From a virus, in the IMG/VR virus record IMGVR_UViG_3300046660_000385, positions 1-64,000 of that record: a stretch of 64,000 bases of DNA, one strand, 5' to 3'. Below, in pieces: positions 17,227 through 25,556 of the stretch; position 1 is the stretch's first letter, and every line of letters starts with the position of its first letter. Position numbers and translations under genes: made by a program. Under the pieces are notes generated by a model. The model made no database searches. It was not told the DNA's origin and saw nothing but the letters and a program-made list of their open reading frames with translations.

Positions 17227-18116
17227 TGGACTTCTACAACACCCTGCTGGCCGCCGGTTTCCTGCCGCGCGAAGTGGTCCCGAACGGCAAGTGGTATCGC
17301 TGCGCCACGGTCGACAAGCCGAAGAAGAAGAACGGCGCCTACATGCTGCGCGTGGACGGCCGCCGCGGCTACTTCAAGGACTATGCGGTCGACGAGGAGT
17401 GGGTCGAGTGGCGCGACGAGACCCCGGTCTCGCCGATCGAGAGAAAACGCATCCAGAAGGACCTGGCCGCGCTGCGCCGCCGCGAGTGGGAGAAGGCCGC
17501 GCGCGCCTACCAGTCGATGGCCCGCTACTACCAGTCGCTGCCGCGCCTGGTCGACGGCCACCCCTATCTCACCCGCAAGGGCCTGTCGATGCTCGGCGCC
17601 GACAAGCTGCGCCTGGACGGCGAAGCGCTGGTCTGGCCGCTGTTCAAGGACGGCCGCCTGGCGACCGTGCAGCGGATCTGGCCCGACGGCACCAAGAAGA
17701 ACTATACGGGCTGCTCCACGCGTGAGGTCTCGCTGCTGCTGATGCGCCCCGGCGCCGTGCTGCACGCCTACACCGAGGGCTTTGCGACCGGCCTGGCGAT
17801 CTTCCAGAACGTGCCGAACGCGCAGGTCGAGATCTGCCTGGACGCCGGCAACCTGGTGGCGGTGGCGAAACGCGCCAAGGTCGAAGGGCTGGCCGTGGTG
17901 TGCGGCGACAACGACTGGGAAACCTGCGCGCGCCGTGGTTTTAATCCGGGCGTCGAGAAAGCCACCGAGGCGGCCGAACTGCTCGGCTGCGGCATGGCGT
18001 ACCCGGAAAACATCATCGGCACCGACTGGGCCGACGCGCTGATGGAGTGGGGTGACGACGGTCCCCGACGCCTGCGCATGGCATTGACAAGGGCGGCGCG
18101 CCCGGTATTCCGGTAG
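17226..18116 (+). CDS. Toprim-domain primase
   Basis: HPYLTRKG, QRI.PDG.KK, TEGFATG, DAGNL, CGDND, DWAD. Confidence 0.88.
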   Translation: MDFYNTLLAAGFLPREVVPNGKWYRCATVDKPKKKNGAYMLRVDGRRGYFKDYAVDEEWVEWRDETPVSPIERKRIQKDLAALRRREWEKAARAYQSMARYYQSLPRLVDGHPYLTRKGLSMLGADKLRLDGEALVWPLFKDGRLATVQRIWPDGTKKNYTGCSTREVSLLLMRPGAVLHAYTEGFATGLAIFQNVPNAQVEICLDAGNLVAVAKRAKVEGLAVVCGDNDWETCARRGFNPGVEKATEAAELLGCGMAYPENIIGTDWADALMEWGDDGPRRLRMALTRAARPVFR

Positions 18117-18156
18117 CGCGTGCCGGGTGGAGCGGACGACACCCTTATCAAATGTG

Positions 18157-18400
18157 CATGGGCCTGCATCGGCCCCCACCGCAAAAAGACCGGCCCCTGC
18201 CCAACCTTGCAGGCGCGCCGACGCGGCGTTGCTGAAGCGACCGCAGCAAGACCTGGTGCCAAGGGGGTGAGAACAACGCCAGGTCGAGGAAATTCAGACC
18301 CCAGCGGGTGGCGTGGTGACGGGCGAAACAGCCCTTCATGGCGCGGATGAGAGCCAAGCGGCGGCGCAGCTGCCCCCTCTCACCTTTGGATGCTGCTGGG
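18157..18400 (+). ncRNA. Candidate structured non-coding element (RNA or origin)
   Basis: ~320-nt gap in an otherwise tightly coupled operon; several nested pairings and a possible pseudoknot. Confidence 0.45.
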
Positions 18401-18435
18401 CGCACGGTTTTTTCAACGACGACAAAAGGACGGGC

Positions 18436-19050
18436 ATGAGCATCATCGACGGCATCCTCAAAACCCCGAGCGGCAACAAGCTCGAGATCATCACCATCCT
18501 CGACCGCAGCGGGTCGATGAACGACATCCGCCAGGACACCATCGGCGGCTACAACGGTTTCCTGATGGGCCAGAAAGCGCTGCCGGGCTACGCGCGCGCC
18601 ACCCTGGTCACGTTCAGCCACGACGTCGAGACCCTGTACGAGGGCGTCAACGTCCAGCACCTGGGCAACCTGACCCAGGCCAACTACGCCACGGTCGGCT
18701 CGACGTCGCTGCTGGACGCGATCGGCACCACGCTCACGCGCCAGCTCACGCGCATCGAGCGCGAGGGCTGGGCCGACAAGGTGCTGGTCAACATCGTCAC
18801 CGACGGCGAGGAGAACACCAGCCGCGAGTTCACCCTCGACCAGGTCAAGGCGCTGGTCAAGGCGTGCCAGAACGAGAAGGGCTGGAAGTTCGTGTTCGAG
18901 GGCGCGGACATTGACTCGTTCAAGGTCGGCGCGGGCCTGGGCATCAGCGGCGCGACCACGCGCAACTTCACCAAGACCGCCGCCGGCGTGGCCGAGTCCT
19001 ACGGCAACCTGACCGCCTACGCCACCAGCATGCGCACCGAGGCCCGATGA
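18436..19050 (+). CDS. von Willebrand factor A domain protein
   Basis: MIDAS LDRSGSM, T.LLDAIG, VTDGEENTS, W.F.F.GA. Confidence 0.9.
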   Translation: MSIIDGILKTPSGNKLEIITILDRSGSMNDIRQDTIGGYNGFLMGQKALPGYARATLVTFSHDVETLYEGVNVQHLGNLTQANYATVGSTSLLDAIGTTLTRQLTRIEREGWADKVLVNIVTDGEENTSREFTLDQVKALVKACQNEKGWKFVFEGADIDSFKVGAGLGISGATTRNFTKTAAGVAESYGNLTAYATSMRTEAR

Positions 19051-19472
19051 TCCGCATGCCCCGTCCTCCGCGCCCGGTGGCGCCGGCGACCCGCAAGATC
19101 GCGGTCTCGCGCGACTTCGTGATCGACTTCAACGTGCTGGCCTGGTTCTACGACTGGGAGCTGGCCGACATCGAACTCGAGAAGGTGCGCATCCGCATCA
19201 ACCAGGCGGCGATGGACGACGTCCCGCGCCTGGCCCGCGTGATCCGGGCGCTGGAGGACGTGGCCGAGCACTACGGCTGGACCGTGGAGGACATGGCGCA
19301 GTGGCGAATCCCGCTGCGCCATCCCGGCCCGGACCGCGACTTCGTCCTGACGCTGGCCAAGGCGATCGAGCACGGCTACCGCCAGACCCCTGAGAACAAC
19401 CACCAGCGCCTGGGCGCCTGGATGGCCGAGCACGGCCTGGACCCGGTGTATGCCGATGGAGACCCCGCATGA
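19047..19472 (+). CDS. Hypothetical protein
   Basis: Coupled ORF. Confidence 0.7.
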   Translation: MIRMPRPPRPVAPATRKIAVSRDFVIDFNVLAWFYDWELADIELEKVRIRINQAAMDDVPRLARVIRALEDVAEHYGWTVEDMAQWRIPLRHPGPDRDFVLTLAKAIEHGYRQTPENNHQRLGAWMAEHGLDPVYADGDPA

Positions 19473-19873
19473 AGATGCCGAACACGAACAGCAAGCCGTA
19501 CAAGATCATCAAGCTGCTGCTGGCCGGCGCGCAGATTACCCCCGAGGAGGGCGTGCTGCAGCACGGCACCCTGCGCCTGACCCTCGCCGAGATCTCCGAG
19601 CTGTACCGCGACCTCGTTGCGCGTGGCTGCGCCGAGACGGTGAGCGATGCCGGCCCGCGCATCCGCGCCAGTGACGCGCTGCTGCAGAAGTACGGCCTGA
19701 TCGAAGCGCCGCCCGACCCCAGCCAGCTGCCGAAGGTGCCGCCGCGCCAGATGCCGCCCTTCAAACCCCTGTCGCGCCAGAACATCCCGTCCTCGCGCGG
19801 CCGCCGCGACGGCAGCAACGACCTGCGCGCCGTGCCCAGCCACTACGGCAAGTTCACCGGGGAGAAAGCATGA
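19469..19873 (+). CDS. Hypothetical protein, possible winged helix
   Basis: Coupled ORF. Confidence 0.65.
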   Translation: MKMPNTNSKPYKIIKLLLAGAQITPEEGVLQHGTLRLTLAEISELYRDLVARGCAETVSDAGPRIRASDALLQKYGLIEAPPDPSQLPKVPPRQMPPFKPLSRQNIPSSRGRRDGSNDLRAVPSHYGKFTGEKA

Positions 19874-20097
19874 GCGTGGTCCTCATCACCAACTGGATCG
19901 CCGCGCGCGCGGCGCGCTACATGGCCGAGTCGATGTCCTCTGACCCGGCAATCCGCGCCGCCGCCCGCGCCCGCGCGATCGCCGCCGTCAACCGCCGCGA
20001 GCAGCGCGCCAAGCGTCCGTACCTCGCCGAGGTGGTCCAGCTCGACACCCGCCGCACGGCGCCGCGCCGCCCGGTGCGCACCGTGAAGGATTACTGA
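19870..20097 (+). CDS. Hypothetical protein
   Basis: Coupled ORF with RBS GGAG. Confidence 0.6.
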   Translation: MSVVLITNWIAARAARYMAESMSSDPAIRAAARARAIAAVNRREQRAKRPYLAEVVQLDTRRTAPRRPVRTVKDY

Positions 20098-20432
20098 TGG
20101 GCCGCAAGTTCTTCAACCGCAAGACCGTGGTCGACGGCCTGGCGTTCGACTCGCAGGCCGAGGCGCGCCGCTGGAAGGTCCTGCAGCAGCTGGCCGCCGA
20201 GGGCCGGATCTCGAAGCTGCGCCGCCAGGTGGCGTTCGAGCTGGTGCGCGGCGTGCGCCTGGTGGGTTCGCGCCGCTCCACCCCGGCCATCCGCTACATC
20301 GCCGACTTCGTGTACGAGCAGGACGGCCGCGAAGTCGTCGAGGACGTCAAGGGCGTGCTGACTGCTGTGTACAAGCTGAAACGGCACCTGATGAAAGCCG
20401 TCTACAACATCGACATCCTGGAGACCCAATGA
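20097..20432 (+). CDS. DUF1064-family endonuclease
   Basis: KTVVDG..FDS..EARR...L.RQV.FEL...YIADFVY...VVEDVKG. Confidence 0.88.
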   Translation: MGRKFFNRKTVVDGLAFDSQAEARRWKVLQQLAAEGRISKLRRQVAFELVRGVRLVGSRRSTPAIRYIADFVYEQDGREVVEDVKGVLTAVYKLKRHLMKAVYNIDILETQ

Positions 20433-20620
20433 AAACCCAGTACCAAGTCAACGAGCAGGATGCGCGCCGCTACCGCATGGTGCGCCTGATGCTGTGCGCG
20501 AGCGACGCCACGCAGGACGAGATCGCGGCCCTGATGGACCCGATCATCCAGGGCAACCCGACCCCGCAGCTGCTCGACCGCGCCATCGACCACGTCCTGG
20601 CCACCCTGAAACTCGTCTGA
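20429..20620 (+). CDS. Hypothetical protein
   Basis: Coupled ORF. Confidence 0.6.
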   Translation: MKTQYQVNEQDARRYRMVRLMLCASDATQDEIAALMDPIIQGNPTPQLLDRAIDHVLATLKLV

Positions 20621-20627
20621 GGTCCCC

Positions 20628-21161
20628 ATGCTCCTGGCCGAACGCTATGCCCGCGCCACCCAGTCCGGCAACCTGCGCAACGACGCGCTGCACGTCACCA
20701 CCGACGTCCTGATGGCGATGGCCCTGTCGTCGAACTTCGGCGGCCTGCTGGTGCGCGTCAAGTATGGCAATGACGCCAGCTGCTACCGGCGCCTGCTGGA
20801 CAAGTGGACCTGGATCGTCTCGACCAAGGCGCTGCGCCGCAACTGGCCCGAGCACATCCCGATCGACAAGATCGCCTACCTGTCGCTGCGCCGCTGGCTC
20901 AACTCCGTGTGCCCGGCCTGCACCGGCCACGGCAAGGTGAAAGTGCTGGGCGCGCCGGTGCTGTCGGAGAAGGATTGCCCGCTGTGCCTCGGCAAGGGCG
21001 AGACCGAGCTGCGCTGCAACCCGGCGATCCGCGACTATGTGCTGGACATGGTCGAGGAGCTGGAAATGGACCTGATCCGGGGCGTGACCCGCGCGAACAA
21101 GCGCCTGCGCAGCGACAGCGAGGACGCGAACGCGAAATTGGGCTTGAATCCGGCTCTTTAA
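20628..21161 (+). CDS. Q-like late antiterminator
   Basis: CPACTGHG...CPLCLGKG zinc finger; last gene of early-right operon, followed by sigma70 promoter. Confidence 0.72.
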   Translation: MLLAERYARATQSGNLRNDALHVTTDVLMAMALSSNFGGLLVRVKYGNDASCYRRLLDKWTWIVSTKALRRNWPEHIPIDKIAYLSLRRWLNSVCPACTGHGKVKVLGAPVLSEKDCPLCLGKGETELRCNPAIRDYVLDMVEELEMDLIRGVTRANKRLRSDSEDANAKLGLNPAL

Positions 21162-21172
21162 ATCCGTATCCT
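21144..21172 (+). promoter_or_regulatory. Late promoter (pR'-like)
   Basis: TTGAAT-17-TATCCT straddling the Q stop codon. Confidence 0.65.
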
Positions 21173-21395
21173 GACGGCACTGCTGAGCGTATCGGTGCTG
21201 TTGTGGATGGTTTCTGGCCCTTTCGACTCGGCATAACTCGGGCGAACCACCCGGTTTACGGGTGCCAGCGACACACCGTGCAGTAGCGGACGGCGACCCT
21301 CGCGGCCTTCGTTCGTCCAGAGTTTCCGACATTCCCCAGGGGCGCAAGACTGCAAGACCAACCCCTCTATCCTGTTATCTATATAGAGGAACATC

Positions 21396-21659
21396 ATGAG
21401 CGACGTCATGGTCTGCAAGCTGCAACTCCATCATGTGAACCCTTCCCGATCCAGCAGCGGCGACCCGGCCGGCGGCTACGTCAAGTTCGGCGCGGTCTGG
21501 GAGGGCAGCACCGAAAAACAGGCGCTGAGCGAGAACGCGATCTTCGGGCACTACACCCCCTGCGCCGAGTTCAACGCCTCGATCCAGAACCAGGCCGTCG
21601 TCGACAAGCTCGTCGTCGGCAAGAAATACTACGTGACGTTCACCGAAGCGCCCGACTGA
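21396..21659 (+). CDS. Hypothetical protein
   Basis: RBS GAGGA; 87 aa. Confidence 0.75.
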   Translation: MSDVMVCKLQLHHVNPSRSSSGDPAGGYVKFGAVWEGSTEKQALSENAIFGHYTPCAEFNASIQNQAVVDKLVVGKKYYVTFTEAPD

Positions 21660-21724
21660 TTTCTGCGGAGGTACGGGGCCGCCCTGGCGCTTGCCGCCTG
21701 CCCGTCATCCGCAACCCCTATTAG

Positions 21725-21749
21725 ACCCGCCACCCGGCGGGTTTTTTTT
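21725..21749 (+). terminator. Intrinsic terminator before structural genes
   Basis: ACCCGCC-accc-GGCGGGT plus T run. Confidence 0.8.
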
Positions 21750-21789
21750 CGTCCTGGCCCCGCACAGCGGCCGGGTATGGAGATCCATC

Positions 21790-22209
21790 ATGGCAATGAA
21801 CACCCAAATTTCCGACACCGTCGTCAACGCCCAGGCCGACGCGCTGAGCGCCCTGCTGAACAACGGCTACCTGCGCATCTACAGCGGCACCCAGCCCGCC
21901 ACCGCCAACACCGCGCTGTCCGGCAACACGTTGCTGGCCGAGCTGCGCTTCTCGGCCACCGCGGCCCCGGCGGCCGTCGGCGGCCTCATCACCTTCAACG
22001 CGATGACCGCGGATTCGAGCGCCGACGCCACCGGCACCGCGACCTTCTTCCGCGCGGTCAAATCCGACGGCACCACCGTCGTGATGGACGGCTCGGTCGG
22101 CACCAGCGCCGCGAACATGATTATTGCCACGACCTCGATCTCGGCCGGCCAGACCGTGTCCTGCTCGTCGTTTACTCACGACGTGTTGAATTCGAGCAGC
22201 GGTCTTTAA
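21790..22209 (+). CDS. Small virion structural protein (paralog of 56271-57041)
   Basis: LRIYSGTQPA.A...LLAEL...GTATFFR...MDGSVGTS. Confidence 0.75.
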   Translation: MAMNTQISDTVVNAQADALSALLNNGYLRIYSGTQPATANTALSGNTLLAELRFSATAAPAAVGGLITFNAMTADSSADATGTATFFRAVKSDGTTVVMDGSVGTSAANMIIATTSISAGQTVSCSSFTHDVLNSSSGL

Positions 22210-22230
22210 CGTTTAGATAACTAGTCCACC

Positions 22231-22698
22231 ATGTACGCCTACCAGCGCACGGCGAGCGTCGAGGAAAGTTTCGGCCACTGGATGGTGCTCGTCGTGCTGT
22301 CCGACGACGGCGTCGAATCGGGCATGCAGTTCGAGTTCGACCATCTGCCGGACGAGGCTGAGATCGTGGCGGTCGCCACCGCCCGCGCCGACATGCTCAA
22401 CGCGATTGCCGCCGACGCCGAGCTGCGCGACATGCTTGCCGGCGGCGCGTTCTCGCTCAAGTACCAGGACGCCGCCGGTGTGGCCATGCGTTTTCGCGCC
22501 GCCTACCGGCCGACGTCCGGCAGCGACACCGTGCGCCTGGCGTACTGGGTCGTCCAGCGCCTGGCCAATGGCGAGCTGCTCGACGCCGACGTGAGCGCGG
22601 CGTTCGAGCTGGCCGGCGAGGACTACGACGCGCTGCTGGGCCGCCTGCAAACCCTGCACGACATGTGGCTGGCGATCCAGTATGCGGCTGGTGAGTAA
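22231..22698 (+). CDS. Hypothetical protein in fibre module
   Basis: 155-aa ORF coupled to next gene. Confidence 0.65.
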   Translation: MYAYQRTASVEESFGHWMVLVVLSDDGVESGMQFEFDHLPDEAEIVAVATARADMLNAIAADAELRDMLAGGAFSLKYQDAAGVAMRFRAAYRPTSGSDTVRLAYWVVQRLANGELLDADVSAAFELAGEDYDALLGRLQTLHDMWLAIQYAAGE

Positions 22699-25556
22699 TG
22701 ACCACGTTCTACCTGGACCCCGAGGGCGGCGATGATCTAGGCTCGGACTTCTCGATCTACGGGCGCGTCCCGACCCACAACGCCATCTCCAGCGTGGCGG
22801 TCGGCAAGTACGGCGGCCGTTCGATCTCGACGGCGGCCGGCACCAGCTCGTACATGAGCTTCCCGAACCAGACCGCCAACGGCATGCAGGTCGGCGCGTT
22901 CAAGTTCACCGCCGAGGCGTGGGTCTACTTCACCAGCCACTCGGCGACCACGGTCGAGCCGATCATGGGGCAGTGGAACACCGTCAGCGCCAACAACCGC
23001 GTGTGGCAGGTCGGCATGAACGCCTCGGGCCAGCTCCAGTACCAGTGGTCGACCAGTGGCACCGCTGCCGCCGGCACGCTGACCTTCAACTGGACCCCGA
23101 CTCTGAACCAGTGGTATCACATCGCGTTCGACCGCGATGGGACCACGGCCCGCCTGTACATCGACGGCGCCGTGGTGGCCTCGGTCGCCGATGCGCTGCC
23201 GTCGCTGTTCTCGACGACGACCAACATGTACATCGGTGGCGACAGCTCGGGCGCGAGGAACTTCCCCGGCTACATCCAGGACGCCCGCCTGACCAAGGGC
23301 GTGGCACGCTACGCCGGCGCGTTCACGCCGCCGGCCGAGCCGCTGCCGATTGGCTACCCGGCCGACCCGTACTGGCACTACGTGTTCGTGCTGGTGCCCG
23401 GCCGCATGGACGGCACCGGCACCACGTTCGCGCAACGCTGGCGCTCCGTCGAGAATGGCGCGACCGCCGCGCGCACCGCCGCCGGCGACACCATCCGCCT
23501 GCGCGCCACGCCGGACCCGACGCTGGTCGGCAACGCGACGTGGACACAGAATAGCTCTACCGTCACGCTGGCCTCGGCGGTGAACGCCACCATCGACACC
23601 TGTGACGCTGTCTGGACCGGCGCGACCAACGTCACGGCCACGCTCCAGACCGGCGCCAGCCGCCGGCAAGGCACCGGCTATGCGCAGATCGCCGTTGCCG
23701 CCGCCTTCACCACCGGCAAGATGGCGTACAAGGCGACCGGCCTGCTGGACCTGTCAAACTACAAGCAGGTCAGCTTCTGGTTCCAGTGCAACACCGGCTT
23801 CAACAGCGGCCAGTTTCGCCTGTGCCTGTGCAGCGACACGACCGGCGACACCGTCATCCAGTCGTTCGTCCTGCCGGACTTCTACTCGTGGAATGGCCGC
23901 TGGCTGCCGCTGGTGGTCGATACCGGCGCGGCGCTGCCGTCGAACGTGCAATCGGTCGCGCTCTATGCGGACGTGGACCCCGGCACCGCCACCTTCCAGC
24001 TCGACAACATCGTCGCCTGCAAGGCCAGCTCCGACCCGGCCTCGATTACGCACCGCTCGCTGATCGGCAAGGTCCACAACCTGTCGTGGGCGGCGACCAC
24101 CGCGTACAGCCTGAACGAGCGCCGCCGCCCGACCCAGGTGAACCGCACTGGCTTCGCCTACCAAGTCACCACGGCGGGCACCTCGGGCGCCACGGAGCCG
24201 GCCTGGCCGGCGGTATGGGGCAAGACCGTCACCGACGGCAGCGTGGTCTGGACCTGCATCGCCAACGAGCTGGAGGACAGCTGGTTCGCCATTGCCAGCA
24301 TCAACGGCGCCACGCTCACGCTCGACAATTATCAAACCGACTCGTTCACCTTGCTGCGCGGCTACCACGGCGCGACCGAGACCGTGGCGACCTACAAGCG
24401 CGAGCCGGTCAATCCGTGGCCCTTGGGGAATAACTTCTCGTCCTCCAACAACGTCAGGAAAGCGGGCAGCGCAGGCTTGCCGATCACGTACAGCGGCGGC
24501 TGGGATCGCAACGACATGAGCGCGCTCAATGCCGAGACCTGGTGGGACGGCGTCAACGGCAACTGCAACGGGATGAACATCGGCTCGTTCAAGTTCATCA
24601 ATCTCGACCATTTCAACGCGGTGCGCTATGACTCGGGCATCGCTGGCAGCTCCGGTTCCGGCACCATCAGCCACTGCCACGCCAACAACAACAGCTACGG
24701 CTTCTCGTTCGCCAGCACGCAGGGCCAGTGGGTGGTGAACGGCATCCACGCCTTCAACAATTCCAACTCGGGCGTGACCTTCGCCAACGCAGCGGCCCTG
24801 TTTGGCAAGGGCATCCAATCGTCGGGCGGCGGGGTCAACTCGCAAGGCGTCGGCGTGCAGCTCGCCAGGTACAAGACCCGCGTCAGCTTCGTGGTGGCGC
24901 GCAACAACAGCCAGACCGGCATCGGCTCGTACTCGTCGAATGTCTACGACGCCATCGTCTACAACTACGCCACCTCCAGCAACGCCCAGTCGGTGTCAAC
25001 CGGCCAGGGGGACAGCAATCCGATCTGTTTCGTCAACGGCAGCACCACCGAGGCGAACTTCGTCAACACGGCGTCGATGAACGGCGGTTATTCGGACTCG
25101 ATGGTGTACTCGCACAAGCACGGCGGCGACGCTTTCGACCACCGCGTCTACTTCGCCGAGGGCACCGTGCGCACCGACCTGACCCAGCGCCACACGGCCT
25201 CGGGCCTGGCGTGGAAGTGCAACCTGTTCTCCAACGCGCGCCACAGCGGCTACCCGGTGCGCTTCTCGCTGGGGCGCTACCTGCTTGCCGCGAACGTGGC
25301 CAAGACCTTCAAGATCTGGAGCCGGCGCGACGTGACCACCATGAAGGGCGCGCTGCTGATCTACGGCGGCTCGCTGGCCGGCATCGACGCCGACGTGCAG
25401 GTCTCGACCGACCCATCGGCCCTCAACACCTGGGAACAATCCGCAGGGCTGACCGTGACCCCGCTTGAGACCGGCGTGGTCGAACTCTGGATGCTCTGGT
25501 GGGATGGCGTCGGAACCGCCAGCAACTACTGGATTGATGACCTGACGGTGACGTAA
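22698..25556 (+). CDS. Large receptor-binding/spike protein: LamG-like domain, short aromatic module, beta-helix
   Basis: FTAEAWVY...NQWYHIA..RDG..ARLYIDG...GYIQD.RLTKGVARY; YQVTTAGTSG.TEP.WP...VTDGSVVWTC; Asn/Gly-rich parallel beta-helix-like region. Confidence 0.8.
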   Translation: MTTFYLDPEGGDDLGSDFSIYGRVPTHNAISSVAVGKYGGRSISTAAGTSSYMSFPNQTANGMQVGAFKFTAEAWVYFTSHSATTVEPIMGQWNTVSANNRVWQVGMNASGQLQYQWSTSGTAAAGTLTFNWTPTLNQWYHIAFDRDGTTARLYIDGAVVASVADALPSLFSTTTNMYIGGDSSGARNFPGYIQDARLTKGVARYAGAFTPPAEPLPIGYPADPYWHYVFVLVPGRMDGTGTTFAQRWRSVENGATAARTAAGDTIRLRATPDPTLVGNATWTQNSSTVTLASAVNATIDTCDAVWTGATNVTATLQTGASRRQGTGYAQIAVAAAFTTGKMAYKATGLLDLSNYKQVSFWFQCNTGFNSGQFRLCLCSDTTGDTVIQSFVLPDFYSWNGRWLPLVVDTGAALPSNVQSVALYADVDPGTATFQLDNIVACKASSDPASITHRSLIGKVHNLSWAATTAYSLNERRRPTQVNRTGFAYQVTTAGTSGATEPAWPAVWGKTVTDGSVVWTCIANELEDSWFAIASINGATLTLDNYQTDSFTLLRGYHGATETVATYKREPVNPWPLGNNFSSSNNVRKAGSAGLPITYSGGWDRNDMSALNAETWWDGVNGNCNGMNIGSFKFINLDHFNAVRYDSGIAGSSGSGTISHCHANNNSYGFSFASTQGQWVVNGIHAFNNSNSGVTFANAAALFGKGIQSSGGGVNSQGVGVQLARYKTRVSFVVARNNSQTGIGSYSSNVYDAIVYNYATSSNAQSVSTGQGDSNPICFVNGSTTEANFVNTASMNGGYSDSMVYSHKHGGDAFDHRVYFAEGTVRTDLTQRHTASGLAWKCNLFSNARHSGYPVRFSLGRYLLAANVAKTFKIWSRRDVTTMKGALLIYGGSLAGIDADVQVSTDPSALNTWEQSAGLTVTPLETGVVELWMLWWDGVGTASNYWIDDLTVT

